Of a DNA stretch of 32,000 bases, positions 8,772-17,373 are shown one piece after another. The stretch is taken from the NCBI RefSeq assembly GCF_002197845.1, contig NZ_NIDE01000020.1:139460-171459 (forward strand), read 5' to 3'. Position numbers and translations under genes: made by a program. The notes under the pieces are model-generated. The model was not told the DNA's origin. It was given only the letters and a program-made list of their open reading frames with translations, and searched no databases. Source of the stretch: Fimbriiglobus ruber. Its GTDB lineage: Bacteria > Planctomycetota > Planctomycetia > Gemmatales > Gemmataceae. How positions within the stretch are numbered: the stretch's first letter is position 1; every line of letters starts with the position of its first letter.

Positions 8772-9109
8772 TCCTTGGTGTAAATGGCCTCATCTCGCCC
8801 CAGCTTTACTGCTGCCGCCAGCCACCCCTTCAGCGTTGCGACCCGGTTTTCTTCCGCGGCCAGACTCGCTTCGGCTCGCTCAATGGCTTCCCGCGCGGTG
8901 GGGATCGCGTTTGCTTCGAGGAACCTGATGGCGGACTCGACCGCTTCCTTCGGCGATGCGGACAGGTGCCTCCGCGCCAACGGAACCACCCCGCCGTGTC
9001 CACGCCGTCGGACGAGCACTCGCCTTGTGTCGATGGTGCAGGGGCCGACGTAGTCGTACTCCTCGATGTCGAGAGAGTCGCGGTCGCACCAGTAGAGTTT
9101 CGGGTTCAT
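8768..9109 (-). CDS. Hypothetical protein
   Basis: Internal ATG at 9109: MNPKLYWCDRDSLDIEEYDYVGPCTIDTRR...; upstream part of the called ORF looks non-coding. Confidence 0.65.
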   Translation of the reverse strand: MNPKLYWCDRDSLDIEEYDYVGPCTIDTRRVLVRRRGHGGVVPLARRHLSASPKEAVESAIRFLEANAIPTAREAIERAEASLAAEENRVATLKGWLAAAVKLGRDEAIYTKE

Positions 9110-9117
9110 CGTCGCGA

Positions 9118-9570
9118 TCACTCCTTCGGAGCCAACAATTCCGCCGCCCGCTCGAACGCCGGCAGCATCTTGACGCTGATATTCACGATCGCGTCCGCCA
9201 TAATCTGAGTGCTCCCGGTCACCGTGACGGGCACCATGACGGCATGTTGTGTCGGCCAACCTAGACGGTGCCGGTCGGCGAACGGCCGGAGGGCGGCTTC
9301 CAACTCCGCGACCCGCTTCTTCATCGCCCGGTTCTCGAATAACTTCTGAGCGTCGTATACCAGCCGATCCAAACTCTCCTCGATCGCGTCCCAATCCGCG
9401 TCCCGACCGTTGAACGGTTGGAGCGGGGTGTGGTACTGCTCGATGCCCTTGATCCGACGTTTCTGCATCCAGTCGATCACGACGAGCCACAGGTCGGGGC
9501 CGTCGTTGGGGACGGGCGGGGGTTGCTCACTCACCGGCTCACCGCCTGCCCGCATCTGTGACACGTCCAT
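9118..9570 (-). CDS. Hypothetical phage-type protein
   Basis: MDVSQMRAGGEP...KGIEQYHTPLQPFNGRDADWDAIEESLDRLVYDAQKL. Confidence 0.6.
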   Translation of the reverse strand: MDVSQMRAGGEPVSEQPPPVPNDGPDLWLVVIDWMQKRRIKGIEQYHTPLQPFNGRDADWDAIEESLDRLVYDAQKLFENRAMKKRVAELEAALRPFADRHRLGWPTQHAVMVPVTVTGSTQIMADAIVNISVKMLPAFERAAELLAPKE

Positions 9571-9743
9571 CGGTTCATCCAATTCGGGGTAGGGTCGGAT
9601 TTGACAACACCAATGCGACAGGCGGGGCACCTGAGAAACCCATTACACTCGCCGCGGCAGCACCAGCCGTCCACCAGGACGCCGCTCGGTTGCTTGCAGC
9701 GGGCGCAGATCATTGGGGTGTAGGGCGGGGGCTGGTCAGGCAT
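9531..9743 (-). CDS. Small zinc-ribbon-like protein
   Basis: MPDQPPPYTPMICARCKQPSGVLVDGWCCRGECNGFLRCPACR...CHRCG. Confidence 0.55.
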   Translation of the reverse strand: MPDQPPPYTPMICARCKQPSGVLVDGWCCRGECNGFLRCPACRIGVVKSDPTPNWMNRWTCHRCGQAVSR

Positions 9744-10428
9744 GGGCGGCGGTCTCCGCGGGGGCGGGCAAGGGGGGAAGGCCGGCGGCATCGCGGGCGA
9801 ATGAGACAAACGCGCCCCGGATCGCCACGACTAGCCGCGATAAGTTGGCCGATTCCATTGACTCGGGAGACATCCGCTCCAACAGACACGGTGGCAGGCT
9901 AGAGGAAATCGCCCACCTCGACGTTGTCGGTTCCCACCTTATAAAAGAGAGGGCATTATCAATCTCAATCGTTTCGATTGGATGGCGGCTGAAAATCCGG
10001 TCAGCATTCAGGATCAACGCTACAAGAGAACCACTGATATACCAGACAAACCCTCGTTCCCATTTCTGGACCCCTGGTGTGTCGTAAGGCTGCCAAAAAC
10101 CATTTAGCGACATCCTCGACCCGAACCACGAACCGTCAATTTTTTGCACAGGGCACCACGAAAAATTGCGACCATCGGTTTCGCTCATCGGTGAAGCCCA
10201 TTTCTTCCGATTTCTGCGAAAAAGCTGACTGACACTCTTCCTGATGGAGATCCGGCGGAAGTCATTCAATCCTGAGGCTGATGATTCGATTTGATAACGA
10301 ATCAGCCTCGCTCTGTCCACGCTCTCCCGATCCCCCTGTTCCTCCAGCCAATCCGCCATCACGAGCCGCGGCAGGTCGTCGGCCGGGGTCTCCAGGATCG
10401 CGCGGAGGAGGGATTCGCCGGCGGTCAT
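9736..10428 (-). CDS. TIGR02996-like domain protein
   Basis: ESLLRAILETPADDLPRLVMADWLEEQGDRESVDRARLIRYQI. Confidence 0.75.
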   Translation of the reverse strand: MTAGESLLRAILETPADDLPRLVMADWLEEQGDRESVDRARLIRYQIESSASGLNDFRRISIRKSVSQLFRRNRKKWASPMSETDGRNFSWCPVQKIDGSWFGSRMSLNGFWQPYDTPGVQKWERGFVWYISGSLVALILNADRIFSRHPIETIEIDNALSFIRWEPTTSRWAISSSLPPCLLERMSPESMESANLSRLVVAIRGAFVSFARDAAGLPPLPAPAETAAHA

Positions 10429-10619
10429 ACGCTCACGCCCTCATCTGTCCCTGTGTCACCCGACATATCTCCCCCGATTGCCCACTTCTGACGATAGTCG
10501 CAGTCGGGGCATACCCACCCTTTGCGAGTCGGCACCAACAGGCCGTGCCGAGAATCGTTTCCGCATGTGTATCAGCACCGCGGCCAGGAACGCCCGGGTG
10601 CGGGCGGCGATGCCGTAGT

Positions 10620-10898
10620 CTAGACAAGACGATCCGGTGTTATTCGGTCGTGAAACACCTGCTTCGCCCACGCCCCGGCACCCTGGTAAGCGACGACCAG
10701 TGCGGGTCGGCCGGTGTGATCGCAGAACAGGTAGCCCTTCACTTCGCCGTCTTCCGCCTTGCGAAGTCCAGTCGGGCGGAACCGTACTTTGGTGCCGATC
10801 GGGTACAGTCGTTTCAAGATTCGCTGCACGTTCTTGTTGATGCGCCCGACGTTATTGCACCGCTCGATTATGTCTGCGCGTGAGGCAGTGTGGGTCAT
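10620..10898 (-). CDS. Hypothetical protein
   Basis: MTHTASRADIIERCNNVGRINKNVQ...; ATGA overlap with the upstream gene. Confidence 0.65.
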   Translation of the reverse strand: MTHTASRADIIERCNNVGRINKNVQRILKRLYPIGTKVRFRPTGLRKAEDGEVKGYLFCDHTGRPALVVAYQGAGAWAKQVFHDRITPDRLV

Positions 10899-11368
10899 TT
10901 CTTACCCTTCTTTGCAGGTGACGACTCGTCACCTACCGGCCTTGGTGGGTCGAGTAAGCTACAGATCGGCAACCGGAGGGCTTCTTCGATTCGCAACAGC
11001 GAAAGAATGCTCACCAAATGTCGGCCCCGCTCCATCCTTGAAAGGTGCGTGTTCCTGATCCCCACGACAGCAGCCAAGTCCTTTTGGGCAACGCCTGCCG
11101 CTGAGCGAGCAGCACGCACCGCGGCGCCGACATCCCGAGCCAATCCGGAAACATCTCCCCGCGGGGATCGCGTCGCAGACCCGTGGCACTTCCGACATAG
11201 CGTTTCACAGACGCCGGGTGCCAAACTGTATCCACTCCCCGGCACCGTCCGGTGAACATCCAGCCCACGGCCTTCTGTGGCCCGGTGGTCGTCTTGAGAT
11301 ACCCCGCACTTCAGACACCGATGGCCATCACGTTTGCGAACCGCTTCTTTCACGTCGGATTCGGTCAT
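10895..11368 (-). CDS. Fusion: HNH-like Cys/His module plus XRE HTH
   Basis: VRKRDGHRCLKCG...LDVHRTVPGSGYSL...CETLCRKCHGS, then GAAVRAARSAAGVAQKDLAAVVGIRNTHLSRMERGRHLVSILSLLRIEEAL. Confidence 0.75.
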   Translation of the reverse strand: MTESDVKEAVRKRDGHRCLKCGVSQDDHRATEGRGLDVHRTVPGSGYSLAPGVCETLCRKCHGSATRSPRGDVSGLARDVGAAVRAARSAAGVAQKDLAAVVGIRNTHLSRMERGRHLVSILSLLRIEEALRLPICSLLDPPRPVGDESSPAKKGKK

Positions 11369-11604
11369 GTGCCGTCCTTCGGGGGCCAGTACCCCCGCTT
11401 GTTCAGGTACTCCTCGAGCGCGTCCCGCAATACCGACGATTCGGTCGGCTGCGGGCGAGTCTCATCCACATACTTGTCCAGCGCCTGAAACAGCTTCGGG
11501 TCGGCGTGAAACGCCTTCCGCGGCTGCTTGTGGCGGTCTTCGCCCTTGGACCGTTTGCTGTCGGGGTTTACGCGGGGGCCGGGCTTCTTTTTGTTCGGTG
11601 GCAT
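11365..11604 (-). CDS. Small RHH-like basic protein, first gene of the minus-strand block (alternative ATG at 11616)
   Basis: MPPNKKKPGPRVNPDSKRSKGEDRHKQPRKAFHADPKLFQALDKYVDETRPQPTESSVLRDALEEYLNKR; ATGA overlap with the next gene. Confidence 0.6.
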   Translation of the reverse strand: MPPNKKKPGPRVNPDSKRSKGEDRHKQPRKAFHADPKLFQALDKYVDETRPQPTESSVLRDALEEYLNKRGYWPPKDGT

Positions 11605-11657
11605 AGTGCCGCGCATTTTACGACTGCCCCCGTGTACCAACAACTACGCTCACCACT

Positions 11658-11686
11658 ATACTACCGGGTATGTGGTGTTTGTGCAA
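11658..11686 (-). promoter_or_regulatory. Candidate leftward promoter TTGCAC-N17-TAGTAT
   Basis: gtgcaa 11681..11686 and atacta 11658..11663 on the plus strand. Confidence 0.4.
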
Positions 11687-11711
11687 GTGCGAATTAATTT
11701 GCAACGTGGTG

Positions 11712-11740
11712 TTGACACGCCGGACAACGCCGACTAATAT
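11712..11740 (+). promoter_or_regulatory. Candidate rightward promoter TTGACA-N17-TAATAT
   Basis: ttgaca 11712..11717, taatat 11735..11740; same design as 7135..7163. Confidence 0.65.
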
Positions 11741-11786
11741 ACGTCCATCGGCCTGAGACGCGACGACCGCCACCCCGGAGACGACC

Positions 11787-12047
11787 ATGACGACCGCGAC
11801 CAAACGGGAAGCCTCCTTGGGGATCACGCTCCGGACTTGGCGGCTATACGATGTGGCCCGCCGGTGCGTGTTCAACGAGTCTGGAGGGGCGTTAGAGATC
11901 GGTGGGATTGCGGTCGGCTACGATGACACGGAAGGCCAGTATGCGATTGTGCTAAGCCGCAAAGATGGCAAGAGGCCGACCAAGGGCGACGTGTCGTGGG
12001 CAAAAGTATTTATCAACGGCGTGGCCGCTGCTTTTCAAACACTGTGA
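11787..12047 (+). CDS. Hypothetical protein
   Basis: MTTATKREASLGITLRTWRLYDVARR...; GGAGACGACC ribosome-binding context. Confidence 0.65.
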   Translation: MTTATKREASLGITLRTWRLYDVARRCVFNESGGALEIGGIAVGYDDTEGQYAIVLSRKDGKRPTKGDVSWAKVFINGVAAAFQTL

Positions 12048-12056
12048 GGGGCTGAA

Positions 12057-12320
12057 GTGGCACGCACAGCGTATGCAATCTGTGACACAAATTCAGACGA
12101 ATTGATGGAGCGGTACAACAAGGACGATCCGTTTAATCCGGGGTATTGGACAGGCGAGTCATCGCCAGAGGATCTGGTTGTGTTCGAAACCAAGGAGGCG
12201 GCCGAAAAAGTAGTGGCGTCACTGGTCGAATCTCTGAACAAGACGGGCGAAGACACCACGGGACTTGAGATCATTGAAGTTGAGCGGGTGATGACATGGG
12301 CGTACCAACGAGTAGCCTGA
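12057..12320 (+). CDS. Hypothetical acidic protein
   Basis: MARTAYAICDTNSDELMERYNKDDPFNPGYWTGESSPEDLVVFETKEAAEKVV. Confidence 0.65.
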   Translation: MARTAYAICDTNSDELMERYNKDDPFNPGYWTGESSPEDLVVFETKEAAEKVVASLVESLNKTGEDTTGLEIIEVERVMTWAYQRVA

Positions 12321-12380
12321 CCTCGCGGCCCCGCCCCCTGACCGCCGCGAGCCCGCCGGGAACCCGAAGGAGAATGAGGG

Positions 12381-12617
12381 ATGACGACCGACGCACAGCG
12401 TCGACCAGACGTGCTACTCGTGATGAAACAGGTCGACGGCGGCCGGGCCGCAATCGGGCTGATCGAATGCCCACACTGCGGCGAGACGCACTACACGACG
12501 CACATCGAGTGCGGGGAGCGGACCGTGTATTGTGGCGTCAAAGCGGCTGAAGTAGACCAGTACAGGACTATTCGGCCGGACGGGTACGGCACCGTGGTTG
12601 TGAAACAAATTATTTAG
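12381..12617 (+). CDS. Small Cys-rich protein
   Basis: IECPHCGETHYTTHIECGERTVYCG. Confidence 0.6.
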   Translation: MTTDAQRRPDVLLVMKQVDGGRAAIGLIECPHCGETHYTTHIECGERTVYCGVKAAEVDQYRTIRPDGYGTVVVKQII

Positions 12618-12628
12618 GAGCCTGACCC

Positions 12629-12928
12629 ATGAATCTCTCAACCGCCGTCCGCTCCCACCTCATCCAACACATGCCAACCGCCGCTGTCGCCTCCGGACTC
12701 GCCAGCCAGGTCGACCACTCGGCATGGGCCGCCGAGATGACCCAGAGGTTCCCGCTGGCCGTGCGGCCGGTGGACCACAGCGTGCCGGGGCTGACGCGGT
12801 GGTTGGGGGAGCGGGGCGTTGCCGCCGGCCCCGAGTGGGTGAAGGCACTCCGGGGTGAGTGGATGAAGGAGCGAATGCGGGCGATGCTGGATGCGGAGTG
12901 GGTGAGGCGGACACAGGTGGAGGGTTGA
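12629..12928 (+). CDS. Hypothetical protein
   Basis: MNLSTAVRSHLIQHMPTAAVASGLASQVDHSAWAAEMTQRF. Confidence 0.55.
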   Translation: MNLSTAVRSHLIQHMPTAAVASGLASQVDHSAWAAEMTQRFPLAVRPVDHSVPGLTRWLGERGVAAGPEWVKALRGEWMKERMRAMLDAEWVRRTQVEG

Positions 12929-12929
12929 T

Positions 12930-13664
12930 ATGCGACTGCGGTACGTGACACTGACCGGGGCCGACGAATCGGTGCCCCCGGCCGACCTGTACAGACTGTC
13001 TGCGGAATACCCATTCGTAGAGTGGGGTATCCTGTTCTCGCGGAAGCGGACCGGGTACGAGGCCCGTTACCCCGGGTGGCCGTGGGTGCGGTCGTTAGCG
13101 TCGTTATTGCACCAATATCCCAAGGTAGATTCTCGATTAAACTTGTCCGCCCACTTATGCGGGGGGTGGGTCGACTATGCCGCCAGCGGCCTTCTGTCGG
13201 CATTCACAGGGCACATGGAGGCGGAGACGTTCCGGCGGTTTCAACTGAATCTCGGCGACAAGGTCGCCGACGCCTTACAGAACAGGAAGTTATTCGAAGG
13301 GATCGGCAAAATCCGGCGGAACGCCAAGATTATTTTCGGGGGTGACTATTCCGGGGTGCCGCCAGACAACGACTATCTGCTCGACGGCGATATTTACCCG
13401 CTCGTTGATGCTTCGGGCGGCCGGGGGATTTCTCCGGAAGAGGGGCCGGCGCCCATCGCCCGATCGACGGGGTACGCCGGTGGCATCGGCCCTGCCAACG
13501 TGGCCGGTGTTCTCCACAAATTGAAGCAAGTTGTCGGCATTACGGACACGATCTGGATCGACATGGAGTCGAGTTTGCGGACGAAAACCAGCAATGGTGA
13601 CGTGTTCGACCTAGATAAGTGTGAAGCGGTCTTGGAAGCCTGCAAACCGTTCGTGGGAGCGTAA
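12930..13664 (+). CDS. Phosphoribosylanthranilate-isomerase-like (TIM-barrel) protein, tentative
   Basis: MRLRYVTLTGADESVPPADLYRLSAEYPFVEWGILFSRKRTG...NLSAHLCGGWVDYA...YAGGIGPANVAGVLHKL...IWIDMESSLRT. Confidence 0.55.
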   Translation: MRLRYVTLTGADESVPPADLYRLSAEYPFVEWGILFSRKRTGYEARYPGWPWVRSLASLLHQYPKVDSRLNLSAHLCGGWVDYAASGLLSAFTGHMEAETFRRFQLNLGDKVADALQNRKLFEGIGKIRRNAKIIFGGDYSGVPPDNDYLLDGDIYPLVDASGGRGISPEEGPAPIARSTGYAGGIGPANVAGVLHKLKQVVGITDTIWIDMESSLRTKTSNGDVFDLDKCEAVLEACKPFVGA

Positions 13665-13668
13665 CGCG

Positions 13669-14013
13669 ATGCCAACCAGTCATACAGGCGGCGTCTGGGA
13701 AGCGGCCATCGACCCGGACGACGACATTGGGCAGAACATCCCGATCGAGGCGAACGGGGCACCGATTGCCGAAGTATTAGGGTCCGACAACTTCCCATGC
13801 TTGGACCCTGACGAAGATGACTTTGAAGCAATCCACGCGGAAGCCGCTGCCACAGCCCGGCTCATCGCCACCGACGGACTCTTCCTCGCCGAAGAGATCC
13901 TGCAAGCCTTGGGGCACCGCAACGGCCGCGAGGTGTCGGACGTGACGCGGCAGGAGATGGAGCCGATCCGCAAGTTGGCGGCGGCCCTGGTGGCGAAGGG
14001 TAAGGGGGAGTGA
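13669..14013 (+). CDS. Hypothetical acidic protein
   Basis: Internal ATG: MPTSHTGGVWEAAIDPDDDIGQNIPIEANGAP... Confidence 0.55.
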   Translation: MPTSHTGGVWEAAIDPDDDIGQNIPIEANGAPIAEVLGSDNFPCLDPDEDDFEAIHAEAAATARLIATDGLFLAEEILQALGHRNGREVSDVTRQEMEPIRKLAAALVAKGKGE

Positions 14014-14019
14014 CCGACG

Positions 14020-14268
14020 ATGATCGAACTGACATGCCGCCACTGCCTCCGTGAGCGGGTGACGCGACCCCGCGGGCTCTGCTGGGTTTGCTACTACACC
14101 CCGGGCGTCAGGGATCGATATGACCCCAAGAATCACCGGCCCGAGAACGATCGGCCCCTAGGTGAGCCAACAGCGACACAGCCCGGGACACCAGAGCGGA
14201 TGGCGGTCTTGGAGGAGCGGGCGAACAAGGGTTTGAGGCTGTACCATCCGGACGACGCGAAGGAGTAA
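14020..14268 (+). CDS. Small Cys-rich protein
   Basis: MIELTCRHCLRERVTRPRGLCWVCYYTPGVRDRYDP. Confidence 0.65.
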   Translation: MIELTCRHCLRERVTRPRGLCWVCYYTPGVRDRYDPKNHRPENDRPLGEPTATQPGTPERMAVLEERANKGLRLYHPDDAKE

Positions 14269-14273
14269 CCGAC

Positions 14274-14525
14274 ATGGCCCGCGAAGGTGTCTGTATTGAG
14301 TGCCATAAAGAGAAGTTGTTGGTCCGTGGCACCTGTCTGGATTGCTGGCCGGAACGCCGGCGGCAGAACGTCGCGTATGAGCAAGGCACGCAGGCCGCTC
14401 ACGACGACACAATGAACAACCCCTACGACCAAGAGACGGATTACAACGTCTTTTACTCTTGGGAGTTCGGGTATTCGGACGAGAGGGAGCGGATGGAGCG
14501 GCAGAGACTTCAGGAGAAGCACTGA
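14274..14525 (+). CDS. Small Cys-rich protein
   Basis: GVCIECHKEKLLVRGTCLDCWPERR. Confidence 0.6.
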   Translation: MAREGVCIECHKEKLLVRGTCLDCWPERRRQNVAYEQGTQAAHDDTMNNPYDQETDYNVFYSWEFGYSDERERMERQRLQEKH

Positions 14526-14704
14526 TGCCCCCGACTGTCGCCCAGATCGACGTCCTCGCCCAATGGCTCAGTGTGGCCGCCGGCACACCGAGTTCCAAAC
14601 GTGAGCCGTATATTCGTCAGGCCCAAGCGTTGCTGACCGACCCACCGGCCGTGATGGTGGAAGCGATCCGGGCGCGAGTAACACAGATCAAGGAGTCCCA
14701 ATGA
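14525..14704 (+). CDS. Small hypothetical protein
   Basis: MPPTVAQIDVLAQWLSVAAGTPSSKREPYIRQAQALLTDPP; TGATG junction with the upstream gene. Confidence 0.5.
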   Translation: MPPTVAQIDVLAQWLSVAAGTPSSKREPYIRQAQALLTDPPAVMVEAIRARVTQIKESQ

Positions 14705-15138
14705 TCGACGCTGACAGACTCGACGACACCAGACGCGGGATCGAGAACCTGATCGACCACGCGGCCCGGCTCGGGAACGAGTTCACAGGGCCTCACGAGG
14801 GCGAGCCGGCCGAAGTGGCGAACATTTATTGGGCTTTGGACCGGGCGCGGAAGGAACTCCTCACGGCGTTTAACGGTTGCCACTCGCTGATGGTCGAAGC
14901 GCTGGCTCGTTCCGAGGCCGAGGCCCTGGCCGAGATCTCCCGACTGTGGTGTACGCGGCCAGGGCGCGAGCCGCTGCTCAGGAAAATCACGGACGGAGCA
15001 TACCCACGGTGCATGGTTGGATACACGCTCGCACCGGACGACCCGCACGTAGGCAATCATACCGAGCGGTGGCTCGGGTTCGGTGCTCGGACTTATATGG
15101 GGGCGGTCGCCGAAGCTGTTCGACAAGGTCTTAAGTAA
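14701..15138 (+). CDS. Hypothetical protein
   Basis: MIDADRLDDTRRGIENLIDHAARLGNEF...; ATGA overlap with the upstream gene. Confidence 0.6.
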   Translation: MIDADRLDDTRRGIENLIDHAARLGNEFTGPHEGEPAEVANIYWALDRARKELLTAFNGCHSLMVEALARSEAEALAEISRLWCTRPGREPLLRKITDGAYPRCMVGYTLAPDDPHVGNHTERWLGFGARTYMGAVAEAVRQGLK

Positions 15139-15209
15139 ACCGAAAATGTCGGGGCGGCTTCGCAGCGTGCGTGGCCGCAGTTACAGGGTGATAGCGAGGG
15201 GATCTGACG

Positions 15210-15653
15210 ATGCCGATCGATCCTGAAGAACTGAGCCGTGGTCTGGCCGAGATGGGCCAAAATCTCCAACGGGAGATGTCCGACGCTCGGGGAGCCAAAA
15301 AGCATACCCAGCGTGCATTACTCGCAACCGACGTCAGCGGCGGGGCGGTCGTGCTGGCCACCGACGGGCAGGGGATCGCGTTGATGTGCCACGAGGAAGG
15401 CACGAACGCGGAGGGTTGGGGGCTCGTCAGGGGTCGCGATACTCCTACGCCCGGACTCTACTTGTGGGAAGGGTACTCGCGGGTCATTGGTGGCCGCCCA
15501 CCGAATGATTTTGAGTACGAAACGTATTGGTACGGCACTTGTCGACCGGTCGCCCCTGAAGAAATCGCTGCGCTGTACGCGATGATGCCACCGCCCGAAA
15601 CAGAAATCGACGGTCCGGACGGTCCGGACGATACGGACAAGAACGGCTATTGA
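15210..15653 (+). CDS. Hypothetical protein
   Basis: MPIDPEELSRGLAEMGQNLQREMSDARGAKK... Confidence 0.6.
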   Translation: MPIDPEELSRGLAEMGQNLQREMSDARGAKKHTQRALLATDVSGGAVVLATDGQGIALMCHEEGTNAEGWGLVRGRDTPTPGLYLWEGYSRVIGGRPPNDFEYETYWYGTCRPVAPEEIAALYAMMPPPETEIDGPDGPDDTDKNGY

Positions 15654-15656
15654 GGA

Positions 15657-15944
15657 ATGACGATGCCAACCGAAGCGACTGATTGGGAAGGGCGGCCGGT
15701 GCCCGCAGATGAGTCGCCGGACACGCGAATCAATGTGTGGCAAATTAGCCCCCATCCGACCGACCCCGCCTACGATTTTTATGTGGAGCGGAGTTGGCAA
15801 GCCATGCTCAAGTACATGAGAAGCGGTTTCGAAGGGCTATTAGAGCGGCACGAATTCGTTGATGGCAAGAATGACGCGCTCGATATTAAGGTCGAGCTTG
15901 TGGAAATGACGTTGAGCGAATACGACGACATTATTAACGCTTAG
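15657..15944 (+). CDS. Hypothetical protein
   Basis: MTMPTEATDWEGRPVPADESPDTRINVWQISPHP... Confidence 0.55.
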   Translation: MTMPTEATDWEGRPVPADESPDTRINVWQISPHPTDPAYDFYVERSWQAMLKYMRSGFEGLLERHEFVDGKNDALDIKVELVEMTLSEYDDIINA

Positions 15945-16186
15945 CAATCCTTTACCCCTTACCTTATCGCCCGACCCGCGCCCACGCCCCGGGCCTAACC
16001 CTCAGACGGCTTGTGTCATGAAGACGACTTTGGCTTCGACTGCGGTAGTATCCATACTCGGGGCCAGCTCCGAGTTGGCCAAGATGCTGAACGAGCCATC
16101 GGGGCATGGAAGGCCGCGATGGTAGGGGTGTTCCTGATCGTGTGCGTGATGTGCGAGAGACGGGCGGGGAAAGGGACAGTGCCATC

Positions 16187-16639
16187 GTGAACGAAGAGGC
16201 CGCGTTCAACGCGTGGCTCGACGCCAACCCGCACGACTCGGTGGCCCGGGGCGCGTACGCCGACTGGCTCCGGGAACAGGATGACCCGAGATGCGACTGG
16301 TACGAGCTGGCAAGTCGGACAGGGCGGGTGCCGACAAACAGCGGGCACAAACCTTCCGTTTGGTTTCGCTGGTATTGGTTGGAAATCATGGCAGAGTCGC
16401 CACTGTTTAAATTCGTTGAACACTGCAGGCTGCCTTGGGAATTTCTGCAAAATGACCAAATTCATCTGAGCACTTTTATTTCTCGTCAAGCCGCGGAAGA
16501 CGCCTGTGCCAACGCCTTCGCCTCCCTCCCCGCCGAGGGCCAGGCCGCCGTGGAAGCGGAGATTCGGGGTATTGGGAGCGGACGCGGGGAACTCAGGGGG
16601 TGCAGACGTGAGCGAATAGGAGCGGCTACCACTGACTGA
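16187..16639 (+). CDS. TIGR02996-like domain protein (GTG start)
   Basis: NEEAAFNAWLDANPHDSVARGAYADWLREQDDPR; 3' end converges on and overlaps the phoH-like gene by 14 bp. Confidence 0.6.
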   Translation: MNEEAAFNAWLDANPHDSVARGAYADWLREQDDPRCDWYELASRTGRVPTNSGHKPSVWFRWYWLEIMAESPLFKFVEHCRLPWEFLQNDQIHLSTFISRQAAEDACANAFASLPAEGQAAVEAEIRGIGSGRGELRGCRRERIGAATTD

Positions 16640-17357
16640 CCACCTGCTGGACCAGCGGGCTCCGCACGATGTCCGCCGGTCCCAACCGCACGTGACCCAT
16701 GAGGCCGCCCCGCAGACGCTCCACGGCCCGCGGGAGGCCCGGCAACAACCTCGCGGGCAAGTCGGTTTGTTCCAGATCCCCGGTAACAATAACCCGCGTG
16801 CCGTCGCCGGGTCGCGTGAGCAGCATGAACATCTGCTGCTCCGTCGCGTTCTGCCCCTCGTCCAGAATCACGCACGCACCTCGCAGCGTCGACCCCCGCA
16901 GGTATTGGAGCGGGGAGATTATCACCTGCCGCGACTCAATCAGCCGGTCCATTGCCGCCCCCGTCTCATCTCCCAGATACTCGCAGAGGGCGTCGAGGAG
17001 CGGGGCGAAGTACGGGCCGACCTTCTCGCCGAGATCCCCCTTGTGGTAGCCCAATTCGCCGCCACACGTCACAGTTGGGCGGACGAGTACGATGCGGCGA
17101 ATCTCGCCCCGTTGGAGTTGCTGGAGGGCGTGCGATGCCGCAAGGAACGTCTTGCCCGTGCCGGCCGGTCCGGTGACGAATAGGAGTTGATAATCGGGGT
17201 TGCGGAGGGCGGCTAAATAGGGCCGTTGGCCGGGGGTTCGGGCCGTCAATTGCGGAAGTGGCTTTGGCTGAGCTGCGGGGGCGATTTTAGGGGCTTTTGA
17301 CTTCCGCGGTGGGCGGGGCATGGGTGGTCGCCGTGGGGTGGGCGGGACTCTCGACAC
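16626..17357 (-). CDS. PhoH-like ATPase
   Basis: YQLLFVTGPAGTGKTFLAASHAL (Walker A), CVILDEGQNATEQQMFMLLTRPGDGTRVIVTGDLEQTDLP. Confidence 0.9.
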   Translation of the reverse strand: MSRVPPTPRRPPMPRPPRKSKAPKIAPAAQPKPLPQLTARTPGQRPYLAALRNPDYQLLFVTGPAGTGKTFLAASHALQQLQRGEIRRIVLVRPTVTCGGELGYHKGDLGEKVGPYFAPLLDALCEYLGDETGAAMDRLIESRQVIISPLQYLRGSTLRGACVILDEGQNATEQQMFMLLTRPGDGTRVIVTGDLEQTDLPARLLPGLPRAVERLRGGLMGHVRLGPADIVRSPLVQQVVSQW

Positions 17358-17373
17358 GTCCGGCGGAGCGACG

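Noticed and set aside
16011-16190. Possible ~59-aa TTG-start ORF (CHEDDFGFDCGSIHTRGQL...KGTVPS) ending in a GTGA overlap with 16187..16639
   Set aside because: Junction is suggestive but start codon and coding quality are too weak to list as a feature
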